From: an uncultured Alphaproteobacteria bacterium | GTDB lineage: Bacteria > Pseudomonadota > Alphaproteobacteria > Rhodobacterales > Rhodobacteraceae | Length of the DNA: 64,000 nt | Direction of reading: 5' to 3' | Assembly: GCA_942492375.1 (NCBI GenBank) | Contig: CALOEL010000018.1 | Span: forward strand, 22,706 to 86,705 | Shown: piece by piece, positions 36,135 through 47,945 of the stretch | How positions within the stretch are numbered: position 1 is the stretch's first letter | Layout: every line of letters begins with the position of its first letter | The notes under the pieces: generated by a model | What the model saw: the letters and a program-made list of their open reading frames with translations, nothing else | Told to the model about the DNA's origin: nothing | Database searches by the model: none | Translations under genes and position numbers: made by a program

Positions 36135-38105
36135 ATGTTGGTTGAACTTGGACATTTCGCGCTGATCCTGGCCTTCTGCGTCGCCATCGTGCAGGCGCTT
36201 GTCCCAATGGCGGGAGCCGCGTCGGGACGCCGCGCCTGGATGGCTGTCGGGGAACCAGCCGCGGTCACGCAGGTTGTTCTGATCGGCTTCGCTTTCGCTG
36301 TGCTTACGCATGCCTTCGTGACCTCGGATTTTTCCTTGCGGCTGGTCGTCGAAAACTCGCATACCGACAAGCCGATGCTCTACAAGGTCACCGGGGTCTG
36401 GGGAAACCACGAGGGCTCGATGCTGCTCTGGGTCCTGATCCTGGCGCTGTTCGGCGCCTCGGCGGCGGTCTTTGGCGGCAACCTGCCCGATAGCCTGCGG
36501 GCACGGGTGCTGGCGGTACAGGGCGCGATCGGCGCGGCCTTTCTTGCGTTCATCCTGTTCACCTCGAATCCCTTCCTGCGGCTGGCCCGGCCGCCGATGA
36601 ACGGCGATGACCTCAATCCGCTTTTGCAGGATCCCGGCCTGGCGTTTCATCCACCGTTTCTCTACCTCGGCTATGTCGGGCTTTCGATGTCGTTCAGTTT
36701 CGCCGTAGCGGCGCTGATCGAAGGCCGGGTCGATGCCGCCTGGGCGCGCTGGGTCAGGCCCTGGACGCTGGCGGCCTGGATGTTCCTGACCGTCGGGATC
36801 GCGCTGGGATCATGGTGGGCCTATTACGAGCTTGGCTGGGGCGGGTTCTGGTTCTGGGATCCTGTGGAGAATGCGAGCTTCATGCCCTGGCTGCTCGCCG
36901 CGGCCCTGCTTCATTCCGCGATCGTGGTCGAGAAGCGCGAGTCGCTGAAGGCCTGGACGATATTGCTCGCGATCCTCGCGTTCGGGTTCTCGCTGATCGG
37001 GACGTTCATCGTGCGGTCCGGTGTGCTGACATCGGTTCACGCCTTCGCCAATGATCCCGAGCGCGGGGTGTTCATTCTGATCATCCTCGGCGTCTTCATG
37101 GGAGGCGCGCTGACGCTTTACGCGTTGCGGGCGGGGACAATGGAGGCGAAGGGTGTTTTCGCCCTGGCGAGCCGGGAAACCGCGCTGGTGCTGAACAACA
37201 TCCTACTTGCCGTCGCGGCCTTCGTCGTGTTCGTCGGTACGCTCTGGCCGCTTGGTGCTGAGCTTTTGCTGGGGCGCAAGCTGAGCGTCGGCGCGCCGTT
37301 CTTCGACGCAGCCTTCACGCCGTTTATGGTCGCGCTGGCGGTGATCCTGCCTGTCGGCGCGATCCTGCCATGGAAGCGGGCGCGAATCGAACGGGCGGCA
37401 CGGCCTCTCGTGCCGGCACTTGTGCTGGCCATCGCGTTGGGCGGCCTTGTCTTCGCCATGCAGACCGGTCGGTCCGCCCTGGGCCCGGTCGGCGCGGCGC
37501 TGGCGGTCTGGTTGGTCGCTGGATCGGTGACAGATCTGTGGCTGCGCGGCGGACGGGGCGATCCGGTGCAGAAAGCTCGCCGCATCTCGCGCCTGCCACG
37601 CGCCGATTGGGGCAAGTTCCTGGCCCATTCGGGGCTTGGGATCACGATCTTCGGTATCGCGGCGATCACTGCCTGGCAGGTCGAGGATATCCGTGTGGCC
37701 GAGGTCGGAGAGACGTTCGAAGTGGCGGGGTACCAGATCGCGCTGAACGGGATTACCGAGGCCAGGGTGGACAACTACATCACCACGACGGCGGATATGT
37801 CGGTCTTTCGGGATGGCGCGGAAGTGGCGCGGCTTTATCCGGAAAAGCGGGTCTACCCGGTGGCCCAGATGCCGACAACCGAGGCCGCGATCGCAAATGG
37901 CGTGTTGCGCGACATCTACCTGGTGATCGGCGATCCGCAAGATGGCGGCGGCTGGGCGGTGCGGACCCATATCAAGCCCTTCGCGAACTGGATCTGGGCG
38001 GGCGCGATCATCATGGCGATGGGTGGCGTGTTCAGTCTGACGGACCGCCGATACCGGGTGGCAGCGGGCGCGCGGCGTCGCCGGGCGCCGGTGCCTGCCG
38101 AATGA
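36135..38105 (+). CDS. ccmF: Cytochrome c-type biogenesis heme lyase CcmF
   Basis: [14 protein letters not shown]...[15 protein letters not shown]...[20 protein letters not shown] (WWD-type motif). 656 aa. Confidence 0.95.
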   Translation: MLVELGHFALILAFCVAIVQALVPMAGAASGRRAWMAVGEPAAVTQVVLIGFAFAVLTHAFVTSDFSLRLVVENSHTDKPMLYKVTGVWGNHEGSMLLWVLILALFGASAAVFGGNLPDSLRARVLAVQGAIGAAFLAFILFTSNPFLRLARPPMNGDDLNPLLQDPGLAFHPPFLYLGYVGLSMSFSFAVAALIEGRVDAAWARWVRPWTLAAWMFLTVGIALGSWWAYYELGWGGFWFWDPVENASFMPWLLAAALLHSAIVVEKRESLKAWTILLAILAFGFSLIGTFIVRSGVLTSVHAFANDPERGVFILIILGVFMGGALTLYALRAGTMEAKGVFALASRETALVLNNILLAVAAFVVFVGTLWPLGAELLLGRKLSVGAPFFDAAFTPFMVALAVILPVGAILPWKRARIERAARPLVPALVLAIALGGLVFAMQTGRSALGPVGAALAVWLVAGSVTDLWLRGGRGDPVQKARRISRLPRADWGKFLAHSGLGITIFGIAAITAWQVEDIRVAEVGETFEVAGYQIALNGITEARVDNYITTTADMSVFRDGAEVARLYPEKRVYPVAQMPTTEAAIANGVLRDIYLVIGDPQDGGGWAVRTHIKPFANWIWAGAIIMAMGGVFSLTDRRYRVAAGARRRRAPVPAE

Positions 38106-38548
38106 AGCGACTTGCGCTGATTCTCTGCCTTCTGGCGGCACCGGTCTTTGCGGTGCAGCCCGACGAGGTTCTGGATGATCCGGCACTCGAGTCGCGCGCA
38201 CGCGATATCAGCGCGGGGCTGCGCTGCCCGGTCTGCCAGAGCGAGAGCATCGACGATTCGAATGCCGATATCGCGCGCGATCTGCGGCTGCTGGTGCGCG
38301 AACGGCTGGTGGCCGGCGACAGCGACGCCGAGGTGCTGGATTTCGTCGTGGCGCGATATGGCGAATACGTGCTGCTGGAGCCCACGGCGCGTGGGGCCAA
38401 CCTGGTCCTGTGGATCGCGGGGCCGGCGATGCTTGTCCTGGCGATATTGATCGGCGGGCTTTATGCGCGCCGGCGATCGGCCGGCGCCGTGCCCGAGGCG
38501 CTGAGCGGCGAGGAAGAGGCGCGTCTGCGCGAAATAATGGACGACTGA
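38102..38548 (+). CDS. ccmH: Cytochrome c-type biogenesis protein CcmH
   Basis: ATGA overlap with the ccmF stop. [17 protein letters not shown] signal peptide, [16 protein letters not shown] motif. 148 aa. Confidence 0.9.
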   Translation: MKRLALILCLLAAPVFAVQPDEVLDDPALESRARDISAGLRCPVCQSESIDDSNADIARDLRLLVRERLVAGDSDAEVLDFVVARYGEYVLLEPTARGANLVLWIAGPAMLVLAILIGGLYARRRSAGAVPEALSGEEEARLREIMDD

Positions 38549-38668
38549 CGGCGCGTTCCGCTTTCCCTTGCCGCCGCATTGCCTAGAGTGCATCCCGAAA
38601 CGGGCATCCGGCTATTGGCCCGGATTGTCGCGCGCGATGCGCCGCCGGGAAGGCCGAAGGAGATCACG

Positions 38669-39445
38669 ATGCAGTACCAGACCATACTTCTGTCCAGGAC
38701 CGACGGGGTCGCGCAGCTGACGCTGAACCGGCCCGACGTGATGAACGCGCTGAACACGCAGATGCGGGCCGAGATCCTCGATGCGGTGAAAACCGCCGAG
38801 AAATCGGCGCGGGTCCTGGTTCTGACCGGTGCCGGGCAGGCCTTCTGCTCGGGTCAGGATCTGGGCGACCGCGCGGCAATCGACAATATCGATCTGGAAC
38901 GCACCTTGCGCGATGAATACGAGCCCTTGCTGCGCGCGATCTTCGACTGCCGGATCCCCACCATCGCTGCGGTCAACGGGCCGGCGGCGGGGGCAGGCGC
39001 CAATCTGGCGCTTGCCGCAGACGTGGTGGTCGCATCCGAAAGAGCGGTGTTTCTACAGGCTTTCACGCGGATCGGGCTGATGCCGGATGCGGGCGGCACC
39101 TACTGGCTGCCGCGCCAGGTCGGATTTGCCCGCGCGATGGGGGCCGCGCTGTTCGCCGAGCCCGTGACCGCCCGTCAGGCCGCGGAGTGGGGGATGATCT
39201 GGGAAGCGGTTTCGGATGACGCATTCGAGGCGCACTGGACAGCCCGCGCCGCCAAGCTGGCGACCGGACCGACGGTGGCCTACGGCCATGTCAAATCCGC
39301 GTTGCGGCAGAGCTTCGCCAACGATCTGGGTAAGCAGCTGACGCTTGAGGCCAAGTTGCAGGGCGAATGCGGCCAGACCCGGGATTTCAAGGAGGGTGTC
39401 CTGGCCTTCATGGAAAAGCGACCCGCGCGGTTCGAGGGACGGTAA
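38669..39445 (+). CDS. Enoyl-CoA hydratase/isomerase (crotonase, PaaG-like)
   Basis: Internal ATG at 38669 after GAAGGAG. MQYQTILLSRTDGVAQLTLNRPDVMNAL...FCSGQDL...AAVNGPAAGAGANLALA. 258 aa. Confidence 0.9.
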   Translation: MQYQTILLSRTDGVAQLTLNRPDVMNALNTQMRAEILDAVKTAEKSARVLVLTGAGQAFCSGQDLGDRAAIDNIDLERTLRDEYEPLLRAIFDCRIPTIAAVNGPAAGAGANLALAADVVVASERAVFLQAFTRIGLMPDAGGTYWLPRQVGFARAMGAALFAEPVTARQAAEWGMIWEAVSDDAFEAHWTARAAKLATGPTVAYGHVKSALRQSFANDLGKQLTLEAKLQGECGQTRDFKEGVLAFMEKRPARFEGR

Positions 39446-39454
39446 TCGAGCGGC

Positions 39455-39544
39455 GACGCGCCTTCGGCGCGTCACGACATGGGAGTTGCGCCGTGCAAGG
39501 CACGGCGCGCCGCCTCCGGCGGGAGTATTTCATCGAAGAAAAAA
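39455..39544 (+). repeat. Structured intergenic repeat, copy C (diverged)
   Basis: Hairpin GACGCGC-cttcg-GCGCGTC (same stem as copy A), hairpin GCGCCGTGC-aag-GCACGGCGC, then CGCCTCCGGCGGGAGTATTTCATCGAAGAAAAAA. Confidence 0.65.
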
Positions 39545-39583
39545 CCCGGATCGCCAGCCAGAATCGCCGGCGCCCGGCGACAC

Positions 39584-40891
39584 CTAGCGGTTTTCGACAT
39601 CCACGTAGTCGCGCTGTGTCGGCCCGGTATAGAGCTGGCGCGGACGGCCGATCTTCATCGCGGGATCGGTAATCATTTCCTTCCACTGGCTGACCCAGCC
39701 GACGGTGCGGGCGACCGCGAAGATCGGAGTGAACATCGAGGTCGGAAAGCCCATCGCGTCGAGGATGATGCCGGAATAGAAATCGACATTGGGATAGAGC
39801 TTCTTCTCGACGAAGTAATCGTCTTCCAACGCGATTTTTTCCAGTTCCTTGGCGACTTTCAGCGTCTCGTTATTCTCGACGCCCAGGAGGTCCAGCACCT
39901 CGTCCGCCGATTGCTTCATCACCTTGGCGCGGGGATCGAAGTTCTTGTAGACGCGGTGGCCGAATCCCATCAGGCGGAACGGGTCTTCCTTGTCCTTGGC
40001 GCGCTTGATGTATTCGGGGATCTGGTCGACCGTGCCGATTTCCCTCAGCATTTCAAGGGCCGCCTGGTTGGCGCCGCCATGCGCGGGACCCCAGAGGCAG
40101 GCGATACCGGCGGCAATGCAGGCGAACGGGTTCGCGCCCGAGGAGGAGGCGAGCCGCACCGTCGAGGTCGAGGCGTTCTGTTCGTGATCGGCATGCAGCG
40201 TCAGGATCCGGTCCATCGCGCGGGAGAGGATCGGGTTGACCTCGTAATCCTCGGCCGGGACGGCGAAGCACATCCTGAGGAAGTTCGAGGCGTAGTCGAG
40301 ATCGTTGCGCGGATAGACCGAGGGCTGGCCGACCGAATACTTGTAGGCCATCGCCGCGATCGTCGGCATCTTCGCCAGCAGCCGGATCGAGGCGACCTCG
40401 CGCTGCCAGGGATCGCTGATATCGGTCGAGTCGTGGTAGAAGGCCGACATCGCGCCGACCACGCCCACCATCGTCGCCATCGGATGCGCGTCGCGGCGGA
40501 AACCGCGGAAGAACATGTGCATCTGCTCGTGGATCATCGTGTGATTGGTCACGCGGTTCTCGAAATCCTCCAGCTTGTCGGCGGTCGGCAGCTCGCCGTA
40601 GAGCAAGAGGTAGCAGACTTCGAGGAAATGCGATTTCTCGGCCAGCTGGTCGATCGGGTAGCCGCGGTGCAGCAGCACGCCTTCGTCGCCGTCGATATAG
40701 GTGATCGCGCTTTCGCAGCTGGCCGTCGACGTATAGCCCGGATCATAGGTGAAGACCCCACCCTGGGCGTAGAGCTTGCGGATGTCGATGACATCGGGGC
40801 CGGCGGTGGGCGAATGGATCGGCAATTCGACCTGCTTGTTCTCGAAGATCAGCTTTGCGGTCTTCGTCGCGGCTTTCGCAGTATCGGCCAT
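39584..40891 (-). CDS. gltA: Citrate synthase
   Basis: [41 protein letters not shown]...[11 protein letters not shown]...GFGHRVYK. Start chosen at ATG 40891 with an AAGGGGA Shine-Dalgarno sequence. The ATGs at 40897 and 40906 are alternatives. Confidence 0.9.
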   Translation of the reverse strand: MADTAKAATKTAKLIFENKQVELPIHSPTAGPDVIDIRKLYAQGGVFTYDPGYTSTASCESAITYIDGDEGVLLHRGYPIDQLAEKSHFLEVCYLLLYGELPTADKLEDFENRVTNHTMIHEQMHMFFRGFRRDAHPMATMVGVVGAMSAFYHDSTDISDPWQREVASIRLLAKMPTIAAMAYKYSVGQPSVYPRNDLDYASNFLRMCFAVPAEDYEVNPILSRAMDRILTLHADHEQNASTSTVRLASSSGANPFACIAAGIACLWGPAHGGANQAALEMLREIGTVDQIPEYIKRAKDKEDPFRLMGFGHRVYKNFDPRAKVMKQSADEVLDLLGVENNETLKVAKELEKIALEDDYFVEKKLYPNVDFYSGIILDAMGFPTSMFTPIFAVARTVGWVSQWKEMITDPAMKIGRPRQLYTGPTQRDYVDVENR

Positions 40892-40952
40892 TTCCATCCC
40901 CTTCATGTTGAAGGGCCGTCCCCGGACGGGGCGGCCCAGTTGGACCCGGGAT

Positions 40953-42356
40953 CTATCCCTGGATATCCCCGAGCCGGGCGAGGGTTTCGTCGCGGCCAAG
41001 GACAAGCATCATGTCGAAAACACTGGGAGAAACCGAGCGTCCTGCAAGTGCGGCCCTGAGCGGTCCGGCGAGCTTGCCCAGCTTGGTGTCGTTCGCCTCT
41101 GCCACCGAGGCAACAACAGCTTCCAGCGTGTCGCGATTCCAGCTAGCATTTTGCAGCTGCGGCGTCAATTCTGACAGTATACGACGGGATACCGCATCCA
41201 GGCTCTGAGCCGCCCGTTCATCCGGCACGATTGGACGTTCCGTCAAGACGAAATGAGCCTTTTCAAGCAGTTCCGGGAAAGTCTTCGCACGTTCCTTGAG
41301 GCTGAACATGGCTCGCGTCAGACCGTCGCGCTGGCCTTCTGTCAAGTTCTCTTGCCCGCTCGCGGCCAGAAATTGCTCGATCTCTGCTACCAGTGCAGCA
41401 TCATCGGAGCGGGCGATGTGCTGGCCGCAGAGATTCTCGAGCTTCTTCGTGTCGAACCGGGCCGGCGCACGGCCGATCCCATGAAAATCGAACCACTCCC
41501 TCGCCTGCGCATCGCTGAAGAACTCGTCATCGCCATGGCTCCAGCCGAGGCGGGCGAGGTAATTGCGCATCCCGGCCGCGGGATAGCCCATCGCCTGGTA
41601 TTCTTCCGTCCCGGTCGCGCCGTGGCGTTTCGAGAGCTTCTTGCCATCTTCGCCATGGATCAGCGGGATGTGCGCCCAGACCGGCACAGACCAGCCCATC
41701 GCCCGGTAGATCAGCATCTGGCGCGCCGCGTTGTTCAGGTGGTCATCTCCGCGGATCACATGGGTGACGCCCATGTCATGGTCATCGACCACGACAGCCA
41801 GCATGTAGGTCGGTGTACCATCCGAGCGTAAACAGATCATGTCGTCGAGTTCGGAGTTCCGGATCGTGACATCGCCCTGCACGCGATCCTCGATCACGGT
41901 CTCGCCGTCCTCGGGCGCCTTCACACGGATCGCGTAGGGTGCTTGCGGGTGGGTCGCGGGATCGGCGTCGCGCCAGGGCGAGCGGAACAGGGTCGAGCGT
42001 CCCTCGGCCCGTGCGGCCTCGCGGAAGGCCTGGATCTCGTCCTGCGTCGAGAAACACTTGTAGGCCGTGCCGCTGGCCAGCATCTGGTGCGCCACTTCGG
42101 CGTGGCGGTCCATCCGGGCGAATTGGCTGATCGGCTCGCCGTCCCAGTCGAGCCCGAGCCAGGTCAGGCCGCGGAAGATCGCCTGCGTCGCCTCGGGGGT
42201 GGAACGCGCCCGGTCGGTATCCTCGATCCGCAGCAGGAACTTGCCACCGCGGCCGCGTGCATAGAGCCAGTTGAACAGCGCGGTGCGCGCGCCGCCGATA
42301 TGCAGATAGCCGGTCGGCGAGGGCGCGAAACGGGTGACGACCGGGCTGTCGGACAT
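40953..42356 (-). CDS. gltX: Glutamate--tRNA ligase
   Basis: Internal ATG at 42356. [33 protein letters not shown] (HIGH motif), KLSKRHG (KMSKS-like). 467 aa. Confidence 0.9.
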   Translation of the reverse strand: MSDSPVVTRFAPSPTGYLHIGGARTALFNWLYARGRGGKFLLRIEDTDRARSTPEATQAIFRGLTWLGLDWDGEPISQFARMDRHAEVAHQMLASGTAYKCFSTQDEIQAFREAARAEGRSTLFRSPWRDADPATHPQAPYAIRVKAPEDGETVIEDRVQGDVTIRNSELDDMICLRSDGTPTYMLAVVVDDHDMGVTHVIRGDDHLNNAARQMLIYRAMGWSVPVWAHIPLIHGEDGKKLSKRHGATGTEEYQAMGYPAAGMRNYLARLGWSHGDDEFFSDAQAREWFDFHGIGRAPARFDTKKLENLCGQHIARSDDAALVAEIEQFLAASGQENLTEGQRDGLTRAMFSLKERAKTFPELLEKAHFVLTERPIVPDERAAQSLDAVSRRILSELTPQLQNASWNRDTLEAVVASVAEANDTKLGKLAGPLRAALAGRSVSPSVFDMMLVLGRDETLARLGDIQG

Positions 42357-42432
42357 GGCGGTTAAGGTCCTGTAAACCAAGAGAGGGATAGCGTGCCGAA
42401 CGGTCTAGTCAATCAGGCAACGGAGAACAAGG

Positions 42433-44499
42433 GTGGCCCCACTGGCGCGGATCGCCGAGGCCGTTCAGGCGCAGCGCGGCCATCTGTTCGCTTGGGTTCC
42501 GGTCGGCCTGTCGGCGGGGATCGGTGGCTACTTCGCGCTGGGATCGGAGCCGGGGCAGGTGCACTACGCCGTGCTGGCGGGTGCGATCCTTTGTCTTCTG
42601 GCGCTTCTGGTCCGTCTAAGCGAACCGTGGCGGCCGCCGGCGGTCTTCCTGCTTGCGGCCATGGCGGGGGTGATGCTGACGGGCGCACGGGCGCATATGG
42701 TGGCCGAGCCGGTGCTCGGCTACCGCTACTACGGCCCGATCGAGGGGCGGATCGTGGCGGTCGACCGGTCGGTATCCGACGCGGTGCGGCTGACGCTCGA
42801 CCGCGTCGTGCTGCGCGACATGGCGCCGCGACGCACGCCCGACCGCGTCCGGGTCTCGCTGCATGGCCAGCAGGGCTACATCACGCCCGAGCCGGGGTTG
42901 ACCGTGATCCTGACCGGGCATCTCTCGCCGCCCTCGGGCCCGGTCGAGCCGGGGGGCTTCGACTTCCAGCGGCAGGCCTGGTTCGACGGGCTGGGGGCGG
43001 TCGGTTACACGCGCACTCCGGTGCTGGCCCTGCGCACCGCCGAGGAGGGCGCCGCCGGGCTGGCGGTGCACCGGATGCGGATGCGGATATCCTCGGCGGT
43101 GCAGCGCATCCTGCCCGGCGAGGACGGCGCCTTCGCCGCCGCGCTGATGACCGGCGACAGGTCCGGCATGAGCAAGGCGACGACCGAGGATCTGCGCGCG
43201 TCGAATCTGTCGCATCTGCTGGCGATTTCGGGCCTCCATATGGGACTTCTGACCGGGTTCATCTATGCGCTGATCCGATACGGGCTGGCGCTTTGGCCCT
43301 GGGTTGCGCTGCGCTGGCCGATCCGGAAATGGGCGGCGGTTTCGGCGCTTCTCGCGGGCGGGTTCTACCTCGCGCTGTCGGGCGGCAATGTCGCGACGGA
43401 ACGGGCTTTCGTGATGGTGGCGGTCATGTTCCTGGCGGTGCTCTTCGACCGCCGGGCGATTACCCTTCGGGCGGTCGCCATGGCCGCCGTCATCATCCTC
43501 GTATTCCGGCCCGAGGTGCTGCCCGAGCCCGGATTTCAGATGTCCTTTGCCGCGACGACCGCGCTGGTCGCGGCGTTCGGAGCGCTACGCCGCTGGCAGG
43601 GCTGGGCGCCGCCGCGATGGCTGCGCCCGGTGGTTGCGGTGGTGATCTCCTCTGCTGTTGCCGGGATGGCCACGGCGCCGGTCGCGGCGGCGCATTTCAA
43701 CCGGTTCGCGGATTACGGTCTTTTGGCCAATCTTCTGTCGGTGCCGCTGATGGGGCTGATCGTGATGCCGGGGGCGGTCCTGACTGCCTGCCTGGCGCCT
43801 CTGGGGCTGGGCTGGGTCGGCCTGTCGGTGATGCAACCCGCGATCCACTGGATCCTGGCCGTTGCGCGTCACGTGGCGGCGATGGAGGGCGCGGTCAGCT
43901 ATGTGCCCGCGCCGCCGGTCTGGGTGCTGCCCGCCTTGGCGCTGGGGATGCTCTGGTTGATCCTCTGGCAGGGCCGGCTGCGCTATGCGGGGGTGGCTCT
44001 CGCGGCGTTTGCCGCCTTTTTCTGGGCGGGTGCGGACCGGCCCGTGGCGCTGATCTCCGACTCCGGCGGGCTGGTTGGTGTGATGACACCGTCGGGACGG
44101 GCACTGAACAAGCCGAAGGGAGAAGGCTTCGCGGCGCTCAACTGGCTCGAGAACGACGGCGATGCGGGCGACCAGGCCGAGGCGTTCGGGCGGGCCGGCT
44201 TCACCGGGCAGAAGGGCGCGCTGTCTTTCGATGTCTCGGGGGTCCGGGTCATGCACCTGTCGGGGCGCGGGGCGGCAGACAGGGTCGCCGCGGCCTGCCA
44301 GAAGGCAGGGCTGGTCATTCTGGCGGCCGAATGGGTGGGCGGTGCACCCTGCAGCCTCTTGGACCGCAAGGCGCTTTCACGGTTGGGCGCGGTGGCGCTT
44401 TACGCCGAGGACGGCGCATTGCACGCGATCGGCGCGAAGACAGGTGCCGGCGAGAGATTGTGGAACTCTGCCCGTATCCGGTCCGCAATGGCGCCTTGA
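42433..44499 (+). CDS. comEC: ComEC/Rec2 family DNA internalisation channel protein
   Basis: 688-aa polytopic ORF with the competence-domain block ...ASNLSHLLAISGLHMGLL.... GTG start preceded by GGAG. I saw no HxHxDH metallo-beta-lactamase motif in the C-terminal region. Confidence 0.8.
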   Translation: MAPLARIAEAVQAQRGHLFAWVPVGLSAGIGGYFALGSEPGQVHYAVLAGAILCLLALLVRLSEPWRPPAVFLLAAMAGVMLTGARAHMVAEPVLGYRYYGPIEGRIVAVDRSVSDAVRLTLDRVVLRDMAPRRTPDRVRVSLHGQQGYITPEPGLTVILTGHLSPPSGPVEPGGFDFQRQAWFDGLGAVGYTRTPVLALRTAEEGAAGLAVHRMRMRISSAVQRILPGEDGAFAAALMTGDRSGMSKATTEDLRASNLSHLLAISGLHMGLLTGFIYALIRYGLALWPWVALRWPIRKWAAVSALLAGGFYLALSGGNVATERAFVMVAVMFLAVLFDRRAITLRAVAMAAVIILVFRPEVLPEPGFQMSFAATTALVAAFGALRRWQGWAPPRWLRPVVAVVISSAVAGMATAPVAAAHFNRFADYGLLANLLSVPLMGLIVMPGAVLTACLAPLGLGWVGLSVMQPAIHWILAVARHVAAMEGAVSYVPAPPVWVLPALALGMLWLILWQGRLRYAGVALAAFAAFFWAGADRPVALISDSGGLVGVMTPSGRALNKPKGEGFAALNWLENDGDAGDQAEAFGRAGFTGQKGALSFDVSGVRVMHLSGRGAADRVAAACQKAGLVILAAEWVGGAPCSLLDRKALSRLGAVALYAEDGALHAIGAKTGAGERLWNSARIRSAMAP

Positions 44500-44589
44500 C
44501 AGGGGATCGGCGCTGCGGCCAACCGCCTCGCGCGACAACATCAGGGACGGGATCAGACACCCGACTGCCTTGCTGCCGGATCGAGGCAT

Positions 44590-45276
44590 TCAGTAGGTGC
44601 GGATCAGTCCCACAAGCCGGCCCTGGACCTTGACCTGATCCTCGCGAAAGACGCGGGTCTCATAGGCCGGATTTGCGGCTTCCAGCGCGATGGCGTTGCC
44701 TTTGCGGCGGAACCGCTTCAGAGTCGCCTCATGTCCTTCGACCAGCGCGACGACGATATCGCCGTTATCCGCTGTCGAGGTTTCCCGGATCACCACCACG
44801 TCGCCATCGTTGATCCCGGCGTCGATCATCGAGTCTCCCTTGACCTCCAGCGCGTAGTGCTGGCCGGATCCCGACAGCATCGACCCCGGCACCGCGACGT
44901 TATGCGACACCTCGCTGATCGCCTCGATCGGGACGCCCGCCGCGATCCGGCCCATGACGGGCAACTCGACGGCATCGGCCACGACCGGCATCGCACGGCG
45001 CGGCGGGTCGCTGCGGTCGCCTTCGATGACGCGGGGTTTGAAGCCCGAGGACTTCTCCATCGCATCAGGCAGCTTGACGATTTCGAGCGCCCGGGCGCGA
45101 TGCGCGAGACGCCGGATGAATCCACGCTCTTCCAATGCGGTGATCAGGCGATGAATGCCGGATTTCGACCGCAGATCCAGCGCCGTCTTCATCTCGTCGA
45201 AGGAAGGCGGTACTCCGTCACGCTGAACGCGCTTGTGGATGAATTCCAACAGTTCCAACTGTTTCTTGGTCAACAT
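44590..45276 (-). CDS. lexA: SOS repressor LexA
   Basis: [56 protein letters not shown]..., plus a C-terminal S24 peptidase domain (GDSM...VVALV...ATLKR). 228 aa. Confidence 0.95.
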   Translation of the reverse strand: MLTKKQLELLEFIHKRVQRDGVPPSFDEMKTALDLRSKSGIHRLITALEERGFIRRLAHRARALEIVKLPDAMEKSSGFKPRVIEGDRSDPPRRAMPVVADAVELPVMGRIAAGVPIEAISEVSHNVAVPGSMLSGSGQHYALEVKGDSMIDAGINDGDVVVIRETSTADNGDIVVALVEGHEATLKRFRRKGNAIALEAANPAYETRVFREDQVKVQGRLVGLIRTY

Positions 45277-45313
45277 TGCCCTTGCCTTCCCGTCTGGCTG
45301 CCCATCGGTGGGC

Positions 45314-45339
45314 GTTCGGGTTATGTTCTACCCATGTTC
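45314..45339 (-). promoter_or_regulatory. Alphaproteobacterial SOS box, two overlapping units, in the lexA promoter
   Basis: GTTC-gggttat-GTTC-tacccat-GTTC (GTTC at 45314, 45325 and 45336), 38-63 nt upstream of the lexA start. Matches the GTTC-N7-GTTC LexA box described for Rhodobacter and rhizobia. Confidence 0.75.
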
Positions 45340-45363
45340 CCCTTACGTGTCAACGCATTCGCA

Positions 45364-46536
45364 TCAAAGCGGAATGTATTCGACCGGGGTGCCGGCGGCG
45401 TGTTCCGGATCGTTCGGCGGGCGGACAAGAAGCGCGTTCGCCGCTGCCAGCACCGTCAGAAGCGAACTGTCCTGCCGGTCATGCGGGGTGATCGCGCCAT
45501 TCTCCAGGTGCGCGCGCAGGTAATGCTCGCGCGGGCCGTTACCGTCGATTGCGACGGCCAGGGGCGCGGTCAGGCGCGGCAAGGGTTCGCTGCCGAGTCC
45601 CAGAAGGGCGCGGATCGCGGGGCGCAGGAAGACGTGGCCGCAGACCATCGACGATACCGGATTGCCGGGCAACCCGATCAGGACGGACTTGCCCAGCCGA
45701 CCCGCCATCAGTGGTTTTCCCGGCCGCATGGCCACCTTGTAGAAGGCCTGCTGCATCCCCAGATCGGCCGCCACCGCACCGACGAGATCATGGTCGCCGA
45801 CCGAGGCGCCGCCGATGGTGACAATCAGATCGGCGCCTTGGGCCAGGTCGAACGCGGTGCGCAGCGACGACAGGGTGTCACGGGCAATGGGCAGCAGCCG
45901 CGCCTCGGCGCCTTCTGCCTCCAGTAGGGCCTTCAGCCCGAACCCGTTCGAAGCGATGATCTGGTCGGGCCCGGGGGTCTCTCCCGGCATCACCAATTCA
46001 TCGCCGGTCGCGATCAGCGCCACCACAGGACGCCTGGTCACGGCAACACGCGGGACGTTCATCGAGGCCAGCAGCGCCAGATCGGAAGGTGTCAGCCGCC
46101 GCGGCGCCGACAGTTCCGCACCCTTGGCGAAATCCGCGCCGGCAGGGCGGATGTTGCGGTTGTCCCCGGGCTCCTGGCGCAGCGTGATCTCGCCGGCCCC
46201 CCGGGTCACATCCTCCTGTATCACGACCCGGTCGGCGCCCTTGGGCACCGGCGCGCCGGTGAAAATGCGGACGGCCTGGCGCTTTGACACCTCCCCGTCA
46301 AAACCGTGGCCGGCGGCGGATTCGCCGATCACCGCCAGCCGGGCCCCCGGGCGGGCATCCTCGTCAAGCAGCGCATATCCGTCCATCGACGATGCGGCGA
46401 AGGGCGGCTGATCGAGCGTCGCGGTGGCCGGCCGGGCAAGGGTACGGCCCGCAGCATCGGCAAGATCGACGGTTTCGGACCGAAGCGGCGACAGAAGGTC
46501 GAAGATCCGCTGCAGCGCCTCCACGACGGAAATCAT
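45364..46536 (-). CDS. moeA: Molybdopterin molybdotransferase MoeA
   Basis: Internal ATG at 46536 ([15 protein letters not shown]...PPFAASSMDGYAL...) overlaps the moaC stop (TGATG). 390 aa. Confidence 0.9.
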   Translation of the reverse strand: MISVVEALQRIFDLLSPLRSETVDLADAAGRTLARPATATLDQPPFAASSMDGYALLDEDARPGARLAVIGESAAGHGFDGEVSKRQAVRIFTGAPVPKGADRVVIQEDVTRGAGEITLRQEPGDNRNIRPAGADFAKGAELSAPRRLTPSDLALLASMNVPRVAVTRRPVVALIATGDELVMPGETPGPDQIIASNGFGLKALLEAEGAEARLLPIARDTLSSLRTAFDLAQGADLIVTIGGASVGDHDLVGAVAADLGMQQAFYKVAMRPGKPLMAGRLGKSVLIGLPGNPVSSMVCGHVFLRPAIRALLGLGSEPLPRLTAPLAVAIDGNGPREHYLRAHLENGAITPHDRQDSSLLTVLAAANALLVRPPNDPEHAAGTPVEYIPL

Positions 46537-47015
46537 CACTTCGCCTCGTAGCGGCCTGATTTGCCACCATCTTTCAGGCTGACATGAATGTCGCCGATGA
46601 TCATGGCGCGATCCACCGCCTTCACCATGTCGTAGACCGTCAGGCAGGCCGTGGACACTGCCGTCAGCGCTTCCATCTCTACCCCGGTCTGGCCGGTGGT
46701 GCGCACCGTCGCCTCGACCCGGATGCCGGGCAGTTCGCGGTCCGCCACGAGATCGAGCGCGACCTTGGTGATCGGCAACGGATGGCAAAGCGGGATCAGT
46801 TCCGCGGTGCGCTTGGCGCCCATGATCCCGGCCAGCCGTGCCACGCCCAGGACATCGCCCTTCTTCGCACCACCTTGTTCAATAATTTCAAGCGTTTTCT
46901 GGCGCATCTTTACCTGGCCGACGGCTACCGCGACCCGATCAGTCACCGGCTTGCCGGAGACATCGACCATATGCGCGGCGCCGGAGTCGTCGAAATGTGT
47001 CAGCTCCGCCATCAC
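46536..47015 (-). CDS. moaC: Cyclic pyranopterin monophosphate synthase MoaC
   Basis: [25 protein letters not shown]...[11 protein letters not shown]. 159 aa. Confidence 0.9.
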   Translation of the reverse strand: MMAELTHFDDSGAAHMVDVSGKPVTDRVAVAVGQVKMRQKTLEIIEQGGAKKGDVLGVARLAGIMGAKRTAELIPLCHPLPITKVALDLVADRELPGIRVEATVRTTGQTGVEMEALTAVSTACLTVYDMVKAVDRAMIIGDIHVSLKDGGKSGRYEAK

Positions 47016-47818
47016 ATCCCCCCGGCGATCAGCGGATCCGACAGCAGATTTCGGGTCGCGGCCGTCACGTCGTCCTGCCGCATCAGGCTTTCCCCGATCA
47101 GGAAGACCCGAATCCCGTAGCGGGCCAGGTCGGCAAGATCCTCGCGGCTGTTCAACCCGCTCTCCGAAACAAGTATACGGTCGGCAGGCGCGCGCTTGGC
47201 CAACCGTCTCGTCGTATCGAGTTCGGTCCTGAACGTGTTGAGATTTCTATTGTTTATTCCCAGAAGAGAGGAGCTGAGCGTCGCCGCGCGATCCAGTTCC
47301 GCCTCGTCGTGAACCTCGACCAGAACGTCCATCTTCCAGTCCTTCGCGGCCGCTTCCAGTTCCAGCGCCTGTGCATCCGAAACCGTCGCGAGAATGATAA
47401 GGATGCAATCGGCGCCCCAGGCGCGCGCCTCAATGACCTGGTAGGGGTCGTAAAGGAAATCCTTGCGCAGCACCGGCAGAGAGACCGCGGCGCGCGCCTC
47501 GGCCAGGAATTCGGGCGCACCCTGAAAGCTCGGCCCGTCGGTCAGAACCGAAAGGCAGGTCGCGCCGCCCTCCTCATAGGCGAGGGCCAGCGCCGCCGGG
47601 TCAAAATTCTCGCGAATCAGACCCTTTGAAGGGCTGGCCTTCTTGATTTCGGCGATCAGGCCATAGCCCTGGCGGCTGGCCGCCAGAACTGCCTCGGCAA
47701 AGGGGCGCACCGGCTCGGCCTCGCGCGCCTGCACCTCGAGATTGGCAAGCGGCAACTCGGCCTTGGCCGCGGCGATCTCGTCCAGCTTGTAGGCTTTGAT
47801 GTCATCGAGAATGCTCAT
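47012..47818 (-). CDS. trpC: Indole-3-glycerol phosphate synthase
   Basis: [19 protein letters not shown]...[12 protein letters not shown]...CLSVLTD. 268 aa. Confidence 0.9.
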   Translation of the reverse strand: MSILDDIKAYKLDEIAAAKAELPLANLEVQAREAEPVRPFAEAVLAASRQGYGLIAEIKKASPSKGLIRENFDPAALALAYEEGGATCLSVLTDGPSFQGAPEFLAEARAAVSLPVLRKDFLYDPYQVIEARAWGADCILIILATVSDAQALELEAAAKDWKMDVLVEVHDEAELDRAATLSSSLLGINNRNLNTFRTELDTTRRLAKRAPADRILVSESGLNSREDLADLARYGIRVFLIGESLMRQDDVTAATRNLLSDPLIAGGM

Positions 47819-47877
47819 GCCGCTTGGATAGCCCGAGTTGCGGGCGAAGGGAAGCGCCCTGGAAAGATGGCATCTGG

Positions 47878-47941
47878 CTTCATTGTCTTGAAAATATCCC
47901 CGCCGGAGGCATCGCGTCGCGGGCCCGGCCCGCGGCGCGAT
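47878..47941 (-). repeat. Structured intergenic repeat, copy B (between trpD and trpC)
   Basis: On the minus strand: ATCGCGCCGCGGGCC-GGGCCCGCGACGCGAT hairpin, then GATGCCTCCGGCGGGGATATTTTCAAGACAATGAAG. The box matches copy A at 34 of 36 positions. Confidence 0.8.
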
Positions 47942-47945
47942 TTCC

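Noticed and set aside
42393-44633. 746-aa plus-strand ORF overlapping comEC in another frame
   Set aside because: Its composition is Arg/Gly/Ala-rich nonsense, whereas the 42433 frame gives a polytopic membrane protein with the ComEC competence motif.
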